Shown one piece after another: positions 36,410 through 45,294 of a DNA stretch of 64,000 nt. Every line of letters begins with the position of its first letter. Position 1 is the stretch's first letter. Source of the stretch: a virus (Duplodnaviria; Caudoviricetes). The position numbers and the translations under genes were made by a program. The stretch lies in the IMG/VR virus record IMGVR_UViG_3300037467_003067, positions 192,001 to 256,000 of that record; one strand, 5' to 3'. The notes under the pieces were generated by a model. That model had not been told where the DNA came from. It made no database searches and saw only the letters and a list, made by a program, of their open reading frames with translations.

Positions 36410-37681
36410 ATGGAACGTGTTTTGAGTGAGCCTCGCCCCGACTGGCAGTCGATTGTCGAAGGGCAGGGATTGTTCTTCCATACTGCGGAAGGAATCCAGT
36501 ATTGGGATGAACATGTTTTCTACGATTTTTCAGCCGCCCAGATCGACGTGATCGAGCAAGCCACCAACGACCTCAATGAGAAGTGCCTGGAGACGGTCCA
36601 GTACCTCGTGGACAAACGGGACGAGACCTTCCCTAAATTCGGCATCCCGGAAGAATTCTGGGACTTCGTCTGTGAGTCTTGGGACGAAGACGAGCACACG
36701 CTCTATGGTCGCTTCGACTTCGCTTACGACGGAGTCGCCGCGCCCAAGCTCCTGGAATACAATGCGGACACGCCGACCAGCCTCCTGGAAGCAGCCGTGA
36801 TCCAGTATTACTGGCTCCAGGACATGTTCCCCCGTCACGACCAATTCAACAACATCCACGAGCGACTGATCGAGGCGTTCGAGCGGATCAGGAACGACCG
36901 GGAACTCGGACCGAATGAGTCGCAAGGTGCCAGCGGGGCTGTGCTGTCCGACTGGCAAAAATCTTGTACCCCCAAGGCGGGGACACCGTTCTATCTGACC
37001 TCGCTGAGCCAGGATGACTCGGTCGAAGATTACATGACAGCGACCTATCTCCGCGACCTGGCAACTCAGGCGGGATTGGACGCTCGGTATTTGCCGATCG
37101 AGTCGATCGGCTTCGGCGACGACTCGCCCTTCTTTCGCGACGGCGGGGATGAGATCGCCCACATCTTCAAGCTGTACCCGTGGGAGTGGCTGGTCCGAGA
37201 GGAATTTGGTCGCAACCTGCTCAATTCCAAGACCGAATGGTACGAGCCTGCCTGGAAGATGCTCCTGAGCAACAAGGCGATCCTGCCGTACCTGTACGAT
37301 CTCTTTGGGGATTCGCCCTACATCCTCAAGTCGAGCTTCGACCAGAACGATTTCGGCGACACGTGGGTCCGGAAGCCGATCTTCTCCCGCGAGGGTCAGA
37401 ACATCATGATCGTGAAGAACGGTCAGATGATCGCAGACACTCGGGGCGAATACGGCGAGTTCCCGGTGATCTACCAGGACTACACGCCGCTTCCGATCTT
37501 CGCAGGCAATACCCCCGTCGTCGGATCGTGGATGGTCAACGGATATGCCTGCGGCATTGGTATAAGAGAGACAGAAGGTATGGTGACCAACAACACCAGC
37601 CGGTTCGTGCCGCACCGGTTCACCCCGGCTGCCGTGAAGGGGTCATTCGGCAGCATTCGCAAGAAGCTGCTCGGCAAGTAA
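36410..37681 (+). CDS. Glutathionylspermidine synthase-like ATP-grasp (YgiC/YjfC family)
   Basis: YGRFD, LLEYNADTPTSL, FKLYPWE, SNKAIL, KPIFSREG, FVPH. Confidence 0.92.
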   Translation: MERVLSEPRPDWQSIVEGQGLFFHTAEGIQYWDEHVFYDFSAAQIDVIEQATNDLNEKCLETVQYLVDKRDETFPKFGIPEEFWDFVCESWDEDEHTLYGRFDFAYDGVAAPKLLEYNADTPTSLLEAAVIQYYWLQDMFPRHDQFNNIHERLIEAFERIRNDRELGPNESQGASGAVLSDWQKSCTPKAGTPFYLTSLSQDDSVEDYMTATYLRDLATQAGLDARYLPIESIGFGDDSPFFRDGGDEIAHIFKLYPWEWLVREEFGRNLLNSKTEWYEPAWKMLLSNKAILPYLYDLFGDSPYILKSSFDQNDFGDTWVRKPIFSREGQNIMIVKNGQMIADTRGEYGEFPVIYQDYTPLPIFAGNTPVVGSWMVNGYACGIGIRETEGMVTNNTSRFVPHRFTPAAVKGSFGSIRKKLLGK

Positions 37682-37765
37682 CGCGACAAGGGGGCGGGAC
37701 GAACGCCCCTTCCTACCGAGGTAATTCAATCGATTGATAGGCGTCCCACCACAGGAGATCATCTG

Positions 37766-38230
37766 ATGAGCTACACCGTGTATGTCGGACCCTACGTTGC
37801 ATCCCCCAACAGCCACAAGACCGTGGAAGTCAATCGGCAGGGATGCCCCAAGTGCAAGGTCAACGTCGTCGGCAATTATTGCTCTCTGTGCGGTGCAAAA
37901 AAGGGCAAATACCAAACGACCAAACGGGAACCTGTTATCAGTAGAACGGATGCGTGGGAGGCTATGAATAAAACTCCCTCAATCGACATCCACAGCTTCG
38001 ATGAAATGGGCGGCAACCACGACATCTTCCTGATGTCTCAGGGCATGATCCTGAATCGGCGTCCTCTAAGATATCGATCCTACGACGCTAAAAATTGGGT
38101 CCATAATCTTGAACCCGAAAAAGAATTGAACTACTTCAAAGACAACTTCGCCAAAGAGATCGAGGCATTGAAAAATCTCTATGGTGAAGCCACAGTCGAG
38201 TACGGCGTGATCGCCTACTACACCCAATAG
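37766..38230 (+). CDS. Zinc-ribbon protein, paralog A
   Basis: VYVGPY, CPKC..CSLCG. Confidence 0.72.
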   Translation: MSYTVYVGPYVASPNSHKTVEVNRQGCPKCKVNVVGNYCSLCGAKKGKYQTTKREPVISRTDAWEAMNKTPSIDIHSFDEMGGNHDIFLMSQGMILNRRPLRYRSYDAKNWVHNLEPEKELNYFKDNFAKEIEALKNLYGEATVEYGVIAYYTQ

Positions 38231-38241
38231 GAGATTCGACA

Positions 38242-38718
38242 ATGGGCGCAGATCATAATGTCTATGTCGGACCCTATCTTTGGTGTCCGAATCCCGAGAC
38301 GAAGAAACCCGTCACCCATGAAGGTTGCCCTCGGTGCCAAATCCGCACCAATGGAAAATTCTGCTCGCGGTGCGGAACACGCAGGGACAAGTACGAAAAG
38401 GTCGAAACCGCAAATAAAGTCAGCTATCAGGACGTCGATGAGGCGATCCCCGAACTTTATAATAAGCTCCATGGGCTGTCGCCTTACGACCTCAATGAAG
38501 AAGCTAACATCTATTTGCCTAATCTAAGGATGATCAAAGGTCGAGAACCTTCTTTCAGCCGCAACGACGGCAAGGTCGGAAGGCAGGAGATCACGACCGA
38601 GAGGATCGATCAAGAAATCAAGTTCTTCAAAGAGAAGTATGCTAAGGAGATCGAAGTTTTACGAGGTCTCTTCGGCGAAGCCAAGGTCGAACACGGAGTT
38701 GTCGTGTACTTCAACTAG
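38242..38718 (+). CDS. Zinc-ribbon protein, paralog B
   Basis: VYVGPY, CPRC..CSRCG. Confidence 0.72.
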   Translation: MGADHNVYVGPYLWCPNPETKKPVTHEGCPRCQIRTNGKFCSRCGTRRDKYEKVETANKVSYQDVDEAIPELYNKLHGLSPYDLNEEANIYLPNLRMIKGREPSFSRNDGKVGRQEITTERIDQEIKFFKEKYAKEIEVLRGLFGEAKVEHGVVVYFN

Positions 38719-38806
38719 GATGTAAGTTGGAGTGTTGCGGTTTGATATATTAGTCAAGCCGCAGTGGTTCGGTTTTTCATCACACCAGGAAGGTTTGAGG
38801 CAGACA

Positions 38807-39214
38807 ATGGAAATCACAAACGTTCGCGTTCGCGTGGCTGATGATAACTCGGGCAATCTGGTCGGGTTCGCCAGCATCACGATCGACAATGCCCTGATGA
38901 TCCACGATATCCGGATCATCAAGACCAACAGTCGATACTTCGTGGCGATGCCCTCACGGAAGGTTACGGACCACTGTGCGTCCTGCAACGCCAAGAACGC
39001 ACTTCAGAGTAACTATTGCCACATGTGCGGCAACAAGCTCGGGGCAGTTCCGAGGAATGAAGTCTCCAAATTCCACGTGGACGTCGCCCACCCCGTCAAC
39101 CCGGAAGCCCGCGAGATGATCGAGCGGACAATCATCGAGTCGTACCTGGAGGAGTTAGCGGAGCAGAAGACCCGCGCCGCTTCCATCCCGGAGATCGATC
39201 GACTTTCCGCCTAA
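38807..39214 (+). CDS. spoVG: SpoVG family protein with zinc-ribbon insertion
   Basis: MEITNVRV, FVAMPSRK, DVAHPVN; CxxC..CxxC insert. Confidence 0.88.
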   Translation: MEITNVRVRVADDNSGNLVGFASITIDNALMIHDIRIIKTNSRYFVAMPSRKVTDHCASCNAKNALQSNYCHMCGNKLGAVPRNEVSKFHVDVAHPVNPEAREMIERTIIESYLEELAEQKTRAASIPEIDRLSA

Positions 39215-39240
39215 TCCCCGGCGAACTATTACGATGTCAC

Positions 39241-39278
39241 AACGGGGACGCATGACTCATGCGTCCCCGTTTTCTTTT
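39241..39278 (+). terminator. Intrinsic terminator
   Basis: ACGGGGACGCATG/CATGCGTCCCCGT + TTTCTTTT. Confidence 0.8.
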
Positions 39279-39290
39279 CAGGACCAGCCC

Positions 39291-39926
39291 ATGTCAGACA
39301 TCGACAAGACCCGAAAGTGGGTCAAGAAGACCATGTGGGGCGAAGCCTCAGGTCATGACTGGTTCCACGTCGAACGAGTCTACACCGTCGCCACCACGAT
39401 CGCACAGACCGAGAAATCCGATCTATTCATCGTCCAGATGACCGCGTTGCTCCACGATATCGACGATCCCAAGCTCAACGACCCCAAGGACCAGGAAAAA
39501 GCCCTGGAGTGGATGTGTTCTCTCAATCTCGACAACAAAGTCATCGCCACTATCGCCGATAACATCAATCAAATATCGTTCAGTAAAAACAAGGACCGGT
39601 CTCCAGCCACCATCGAAGCCGCGATCGTCCAGGACGCCGACCGACTGGACGCAATCGGTGCCATCGGCATCGCCCGCTGTTTCGCCTACGGCGGCTTCAA
39701 AGGTCGGATACTCTACAATCCTGCCGACCTTATCGAAGTCAGCCTCTCCAGCGGAACTGTGCCTAAGAATGAAAATCCCAGCAGTCTCTTGCACTTCTAC
39801 GAAAAACTATTGCTCATCAAGGACCTGATGAATACCAAGACCGGCAAGGAGCTCGCAAAGGGTCGACACGATTTTCTAGAAGTGTTCCTAGACCAGTTCT
39901 TTCAGGAATGGAATGGCAAGGCTTAG
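39291..39926 (+). CDS. HD-domain phosphohydrolase (YedJ-like)
   Basis: GHDWFHVERV, LLHD, QDADRLDAIGA, HFYEKLL. Confidence 0.92.
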   Translation: MSDIDKTRKWVKKTMWGEASGHDWFHVERVYTVATTIAQTEKSDLFIVQMTALLHDIDDPKLNDPKDQEKALEWMCSLNLDNKVIATIADNINQISFSKNKDRSPATIEAAIVQDADRLDAIGAIGIARCFAYGGFKGRILYNPADLIEVSLSSGTVPKNENPSSLLHFYEKLLLIKDLMNTKTGKELAKGRHDFLEVFLDQFFQEWNGKA

Positions 39927-39958
39927 ATATTATTTCCCCAGCTAAGGAGAGCAAATCA

Positions 39959-40165
39959 ATGAATGCCTACATAGTTAAAATAGTTGATCGTATTTTGGAA
40001 ACGGAAGCTCAGAAGCCAATCCCCAAGTATTCGATATTCTACAGCCGCGAGAAAGCCGACGAGTATCGCGACAAGATCATGAGTCCACCAATCAAGTTTC
40101 ATGCCAAGCAGATCAAGGTATTCAGCGTGGAAGTCCAGATCCTCGATGAGGTCGAATACAGCTAA
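39959..40165 (+). CDS. Hypothetical protein
   Basis: SD AAGGAG. Confidence 0.6.
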   Translation: MNAYIVKIVDRILETEAQKPIPKYSIFYSREKADEYRDKIMSPPIKFHAKQIKVFSVEVQILDEVEYS

Positions 40166-40167
40166 CT

Positions 40168-41007
40168 TCATCCGACCTTCTTGAGGACCACGTGGAGCTT
40201 GCCGGGCATGTACCAGTCCGGCGAGTCCTCACCTTCGTCGTAACTGAGCCTCTGACCTGCCTTGCTATTGGGCGGGACTTTGACCTCAACCTCTATCATT
40301 TCCCAGAGACCCATCCTCGTCCCTTCGCACGTATCACACGTCAGCGAACTCTTGCCCGTACCCTTACAGGTCGGGCATTTATCGGGCGCATTCCAAACCT
40401 TCTGCTTCATCATGCCCCACTTGCCGCGACAGCGATGGCAGTCGTTCTTGCCGATGCCGCCGCACTTGTGGCACCGGTTCCTTCGCTTGATCTTGACGAT
40501 CTTGAAACATCCGCCCTTCATCTCAAGCTCAGTCAAGCCAAGATTGATGATGATGTCCCTGCCCGTATTTTCCTTATCGACAAATTCACACACGATCGAG
40601 TCGAGGTCGTGCGACTCAGGTGGAGTCGGATTGTGCCAGTTCTCGTCCCAAACCGGGTTGCGGTCGATGATCCAGTTCTTGATCGGTCCCGCTTGGGGAC
40701 GCTTCGGTTGCTTGGGTTTCTTCTTTGGCTTGGGCGGGACTGGTGGTCGCGGAGGAGGCGGCGGCTTGGGCGGCGGGGGAGGATTCGCCGGACGCTTGCC
40801 CACGTAGCCACGCACGTCGTAGATGGACCGCTTCTGCACATCGCCCAGCACTTCGTATGCCGAGGCGATCTCCTTGAACTTTTTTTCTGCTTCGCTATTG
40901 CCAGGATTCCTGTCGGGGTGGTACTTTAGAGCAAGCGAGCGATATGCTTTCTTGATCTCGTCAGCCGTCGCAGTCTTGGCAACCCCCAGGATTGCATAGT
41001 AGTCCAT
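40168..41007 (-). CDS. DnaJ-like co-chaperone
   Basis: J domain with HPD, Pro-rich linker, CxxCxGxG repeats. Confidence 0.88.
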   Translation of the reverse strand: MDYYAILGVAKTATADEIKKAYRSLALKYHPDRNPGNSEAEKKFKEIASAYEVLGDVQKRSIYDVRGYVGKRPANPPPPPKPPPPPRPPVPPKPKKKPKQPKRPQAGPIKNWIIDRNPVWDENWHNPTPPESHDLDSIVCEFVDKENTGRDIIINLGLTELEMKGGCFKIVKIKRRNRCHKCGGIGKNDCHRCRGKWGMMKQKVWNAPDKCPTCKGTGKSSLTCDTCEGTRMGLWEMIEVEVKVPPNSKAGQRLSYDEGEDSPDWYMPGKLHVVLKKVG

Positions 41008-41036
41008 GTTGGTATTTAGACAGAGTTGTTAAGAAA

Positions 41037-41354
41037 ATGAGCCAGAAGAAGAAGACGATCAGGGCAGAATTTCGCCGTTTGGTCTTGGATCGGGACGGCA
41101 ACCGTTGTCGCGTATGCGGCTGGAACGAAGATGTTGCTCTCCTCGATCCTCATCATATTCAAAATAGAAATTTGCTCCCCAACGGAGGATATGTCAAAGA
41201 AAACGGCATCTCAGTCTGTCCGAGGTGTCACATGAAGGCAGAAGTGTACCATCAGACCGGGACGCCTCTTCCCGGATTCTCGATGGAGGAATTGTATTCT
41301 TTGGTCGGCTCGTCGCTGGAGATGGCTACCAGGGCGAGCAAGAAATTAGGCTGA
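41037..41354 (+). CDS. HNH endonuclease
   Basis: RDGNRCRVCG, PHHI, NGISVCPRCH. Confidence 0.85.
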   Translation: MSQKKKTIRAEFRRLVLDRDGNRCRVCGWNEDVALLDPHHIQNRNLLPNGGYVKENGISVCPRCHMKAEVYHQTGTPLPGFSMEELYSLVGSSLEMATRASKKLG

Positions 41355-41381
41355 TTTCGGAGTCCACCCCGTAAATAAGGG

Positions 41382-41840
41382 ATGGACTTCAAGAATTGGC
41401 TAGAAGCGGTTGGTCAGGTAACTCCCGAGCTTGACCAGGAGACTCTCGGGGTGTTATGGAACATCCCCGAGGTCATGAAGATGATCCGCAGCGGGATGTG
41501 GGACGGACAGAGCGAGCCGTACGACCATCAGAAGCGGATCATCCTCTCTGCCCTTGACCGGAACATCCGCCTCTTCAGTCAGCATATACGATCCCCGAGT
41601 GTCGCATCTTACTATGCTGACCCTTCCAATAATCAGCAAGCGACGGAGACCCTAGCTCGCATGAAGCGAGTCATGGATCGCCTACAGGGCAATCCTCAAG
41701 CCCCTGGTCGTCGCGGCACGATCAACAAGACACTGACCTGTCCTTACTGTCACTTTCCCGTGAAGACGCCTCTGGGAGCGATCAGGACTCGTTGTCCGAA
41801 TTGCCGCCAAGCCTTCTTCGCCAAGGAGGCTGGCATATGA
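41382..41840 (+). CDS. Hypothetical protein with C-terminal zinc finger
   Basis: MDFKNWLE N-terminus; CPYC..CPNC. Confidence 0.72.
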   Translation: MDFKNWLEAVGQVTPELDQETLGVLWNIPEVMKMIRSGMWDGQSEPYDHQKRIILSALDRNIRLFSQHIRSPSVASYYADPSNNQQATETLARMKRVMDRLQGNPQAPGRRGTINKTLTCPYCHFPVKTPLGAIRTRCPNCRQAFFAKEAGI

Positions 41841-42385
41841 TGTTCAGGTTGTGGTTGGAGACGACCGAGAAGCGATCGGTCCTGGCACATATTGCGGGAC
41901 CTTCGGCATCGGGCAAGACGACCTTGGTGGACAAGATCAATCGGAATCATCGCCACGTGGTCGCCAAGGACCTGGACGACTTCGACGAGGCGGCACGCGC
42001 CATTTTAGGGTGGTCTAGGATCGATAAGAAGGACTACACCGCCAAGATGTTTGACGAGCTACACGCCAAGTGCCAGGAGTTGCTGGACGATTTCCTACGA
42101 AAGTCAGAGAAGCCGGTCGTGTTGTGCGGGCATGCGACTGAGGGCGACTGGAAATACGACCTTCCCAAGGATGCTAAGCGGTTCGTCCTGGATGTTGACC
42201 CCGAGGTGGTCGCCCAAAGGATATATGAACGTGGGATGAAAGGGGTTGGAGATCGGTTCAACAAAAAGGATCTCCCGGCGTTGGCAAGGGATGCCGCCAA
42301 GGAGATCCAAGACTTGCAGAAAAATGGGCATGAATTGAGGAAGGATCGAGAAATCCTGGGGTGGATTAAATCCAAAAAGCCTTAA
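41837..42385 (+). CDS. P-loop nucleotide kinase-like protein
   Basis: MMFRLWLE; AGPSASGKTT, DLDDF. Confidence 0.75.
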   Translation: MMFRLWLETTEKRSVLAHIAGPSASGKTTLVDKINRNHRHVVAKDLDDFDEAARAILGWSRIDKKDYTAKMFDELHAKCQELLDDFLRKSEKPVVLCGHATEGDWKYDLPKDAKRFVLDVDPEVVAQRIYERGMKGVGDRFNKKDLPALARDAAKEIQDLQKNGHELRKDREILGWIKSKKP

Positions 42386-42419
42386 TTGTCATTCGGGGCT
42401 TCAATAACATTAATGGGCA

Positions 42420-42572
42420 TCAAAAATCTTCCTTGTCAAATACCTGGGCAAAAATGGACCAGTTACGTTGGACCTCTCTCAAGAACTTGTTGTGTGACTG
42501 TTTCCATTCCTGGTACAGCCGCTCGTCCTCATCGGTCCAGCAATTTAGATTAGAATAGTCGATGGTCTTCAT
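42420..42572 (-). CDS. Small hypothetical protein
   Basis: SD GGAG before MKTIDY. Confidence 0.5.
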   Translation of the reverse strand: MKTIDYSNLNCWTDEDERLYQEWKQSHNKFLREVQRNWSIFAQVFDKEDF

Positions 42573-42573
42573 G

Positions 42574-42993
42574 TTATTCTCCAGAAAAGGCTTCGATGAT
42601 CTTCCTGAGATGGGATAAGGTTTGTACAAGCCTAGACTCTTGGCATATTTGCCTATGTATATCTACCTTGATTTTATTTTCGTGAGAGAACTGGCTGGCC
42701 AGGTCTAAGGAATGAAACGTGACGACTGTACTCCTGGGGGGTGCGTCATCGTAGAATTTCACGTTGACAGGCGAATCTTTGTAGAATAAATTCAGGTAGT
42801 GATACTTTTTATCATGATTCATCGATGTGCCATCGACTAATTTATTCATGAGGGTTGGGTTGATTGTCGTGTCGCTCTTGAAGATGTATTCTTCCGGAGC
42901 ATTCTCGTAGGATCTGTGGTCGAGAGTCCAAAACATAGATTGGAATTCTTTAACCATTTCGTCGAGAAATGATTGTTTCGCGAACGTCAACAT
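42574..42993 (-). CDS. Hypothetical protein
   Basis: Tightly packed ORF. Confidence 0.6.
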   Translation of the reverse strand: MLTFAKQSFLDEMVKEFQSMFWTLDHRSYENAPEEYIFKSDTTINPTLMNKLVDGTSMNHDKKYHYLNLFYKDSPVNVKFYDDAPPRSTVVTFHSLDLASQFSHENKIKVDIHRQICQESRLVQTLSHLRKIIEAFSGE

Positions 42994-43427
42994 GTTAAAT
43001 CCTCTAGAGTATCAAAAACTTGTACCTGAGACACCATGTATGCCAATTTCCATGCCGCAGTGATTTCCTGGTCATCAAAGAAATCACTGGCATGAAAATC
43101 AAGTTTTATTTCGGTGTTTTCAAAAATCCATTCTTCACAGATATTGCCGAAACCATCACGCTGAGACAATGTGGCTGTCTTGGTGCTGAGGACTTTCTTG
43201 GTCGCCTGATCGAATTCCTTGCAAGTCCCGCCAATGCCACCTGGAGTTGGAAAGGTCTGAGTAAATGAGATATTGCCCGGTAATGGGAATAGTCGACCTC
43301 CCACAGCCATGTTAGGCATATCGGGGCGATAATCCAGGATAATGCCCGATAGAGGGAATGTGGTATTTCCATGGGCATCTTTGCCTTCGAAATACCACCG
43401 CAACCTTGACTTAGTCGTGAAATTCAT
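42987..43427 (-). CDS. Hypothetical protein, possibly degenerate gp19/tail-tube-like fold
   Basis: RW.F..RP..ATL..RDGFG..EEW pattern. Confidence 0.4.
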   Translation of the reverse strand: MNFTTKSRLRWYFEGKDAHGNTTFPLSGIILDYRPDMPNMAVGGRLFPLPGNISFTQTFPTPGGIGGTCKEFDQATKKVLSTKTATLSQRDGFGNICEEWIFENTEIKLDFHASDFFDDQEITAAWKLAYMVSQVQVFDTLEDLTC

Positions 43428-43939
43428 GCTTTGTATTCTTCCCATCGCATCAGCATCTTCATGATCCCGTGTTCGGGTACGCCGTGTGTCGTGGTCTCGG
43501 CGAAGACCTTAGCACACTTCTTGAGTTCGCTCTCTTGCCGCTTGCCTCGGAGCAAGGGCTTGACCTTATGCCACCACGGCGTGCCGGGTTCCCTGATCTC
43601 CACCGTGTAGCCGTATTTCTTCGCCAAATCTAAATAAAACTGAAAGTCGCGAATTCGAATATTAGTATTGTCGATGATCACGAGGTCGAGTTCGCATCGC
43701 ATCGCCGATTCTGCCTGCTGCTGACAGGATCGGTGGGCGGCTCCGATCTGATTGGGGTCGTATTTGTAAACGGTCTTAATGACCCCCGTGCCGTCCTCGA
43801 CAGGTCTAATGAAATAATTATCGGCTGAAGCGATCATCGCCTTCAGACCAGCCTGGGTGGCGTCGTAACACAGGGCTTGCGCCATGGTGCTTTTGCCAGC
43901 CCCCGGTACGCCCCTGCATACCAGCATACGCTTGCTCAT
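43424..43939 (-). CDS. AAA_33/polynucleotide kinase-like P-loop protein
   Basis: RGVPGAGKST, SADNYF, IIDNTN, HGVP. Confidence 0.82.
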   Translation of the reverse strand: MSKRMLVCRGVPGAGKSTMAQALCYDATQAGLKAMIASADNYFIRPVEDGTGVIKTVYKYDPNQIGAAHRSCQQQAESAMRCELDLVIIDNTNIRIRDFQFYLDLAKKYGYTVEIREPGTPWWHKVKPLLRGKRQESELKKCAKVFAETTTHGVPEHGIMKMLMRWEEYKA

Positions 43940-43951
43940 TGAAATATTCCT

Positions 43952-44176
43952 TTATCGCAGCTTATCCTTCAGAGCCCGGTCCATGATTTCCATCACTTCC
44001 TGGTACTCCTTGGATTCTCCAAAAGACGCCCGTTCTTCGGGTGTCTTGAACAACTTCCAGGCGATGCCGATACCCGGCGAGAAAATATGATTTCGTATCG
44101 TGTGAAGCCGAAGACAGGACGCATCCATGTTCCTCGCCTTCTCGACCACTGCCTTTAATTTTTGTTCAAAAGTCAT
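43952..44176 (-). CDS. Hypothetical protein
   Basis: Tightly packed ORF. Confidence 0.55.
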   Translation of the reverse strand: MTFEQKLKAVVEKARNMDASCLRLHTIRNHIFSPGIGIAWKLFKTPEERASFGESKEYQEVMEIMDRALKDKLR

Positions 44177-44184
44177 GATCGTAT

Positions 44185-44583
44185 TTACTGTGGTTCGTCT
44201 AAATTCTTAATTGGTCCCGGTTCGTAGGTCTTACCGGTCAATTCGTCAAGCTTTAGCCTGACCTCGGTAAGCTTCGTCAAAAGAGCCGATCTCTCCTTCT
44301 CCAATGCCTTAATTTTCTCTTGCTTGATCGACTCCTTGTCGATTTTCTTGACCTTGGGAATCTTGGCTGGCTCTACCGAGCCGCCACGACCCCACGAGAA
44401 GAAACCCTTCAGGGTAAGGGCATACTCCACTGCTTCCTCGTAGGTCCCTTCCACCAGTCCCAAATTAGGTCTAACATGAGGTCCGCTTAAATCTGCATTG
44501 GGGTCTTCGCCCTTGATCCGCCAGATCCCCTTGGTAGAAGGGGATCTCTGGGACAGCAACCGTCTTCGGATATCGTCAGACAT
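44185..44583 (-). CDS. Hypothetical protein
   Basis: ORF with C-terminal coiled coil. Confidence 0.65.
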   Translation of the reverse strand: MSDDIRRRLLSQRSPSTKGIWRIKGEDPNADLSGPHVRPNLGLVEGTYEEAVEYALTLKGFFSWGRGGSVEPAKIPKVKKIDKESIKQEKIKALEKERSALLTKLTEVRLKLDELTGKTYEPGPIKNLDEPQ

Positions 44584-44597
44584 AGAATCCTGCTTTC

Positions 44598-45275
44598 TCA
44601 CGCAACATCGACAACCGGTATCATTGAATCAATGGATGATTTAATAAATTCTTTGACATTAGAAGTTGTATTCATTTCGGAGGCAATTTTCGCATAATCG
44701 ATCTTCTTGTGGTAATCACAGAGGTCGATCCTGGCATAGGACCCCCACCGGCTCCCGAACTTCTTCTCCAACATCCTGAGTTGCTTGGAATACTGGCGAT
44801 ACATCCCCGTAGAAGCTTCGAGGACCGTACGCTCTTCCTGTGTGATCAGGTGTTCGCCGAGGAAGAACAGGTTGGAATGGGTTCCGGGAGAGATGACGTA
44901 GATCTCGCGATCCTTGGGAAGCGTGCTATTCCACTTGATGTTGTTGGTCTTGGCACTCTTGAAGTTCAGGGAAAACAGGCAATTCGATACCACCCAGAAG
45001 GCGTCGGGATTCGACTGCGTCCCGAACGGCTGGAAGCAGAACCCGTCCTCAAGACCAATCGCCGACCCGATCGCATCCTCGTAGTTGTTCCGGTCAATCC
45101 CGCAGGTCTCAAGGATGTAACGGAAGTTTCTCGGCACATACTCTTCGTATCCCAGGTCGATCAACATCGCGCGAGCGATATATTCCTGCGTCGAGATGTT
45201 CTTGGCGATCTCGGTATTCTTTACGTTGAGCTTAGTTAAGGAATCAACAAATTTAAAGGCTTTTTCAATAGACAT
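44598..45275 (-). CDS. Putative restriction endonuclease-like protein
   Basis: QPFGTQSNPD..LNFKS; downstream of MTase. Confidence 0.5.
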   Translation of the reverse strand: MSIEKAFKFVDSLTKLNVKNTEIAKNISTQEYIARAMLIDLGYEEYVPRNFRYILETCGIDRNNYEDAIGSAIGLEDGFCFQPFGTQSNPDAFWVVSNCLFSLNFKSAKTNNIKWNSTLPKDREIYVISPGTHSNLFFLGEHLITQEERTVLEASTGMYRQYSKQLRMLEKKFGSRWGSYARIDLCDYHKKIDYAKIASEMNTTSNVKEFIKSSIDSMIPVVDVA

Positions 45276-45294
45276 ATTAATAGTTAATTCTAAC

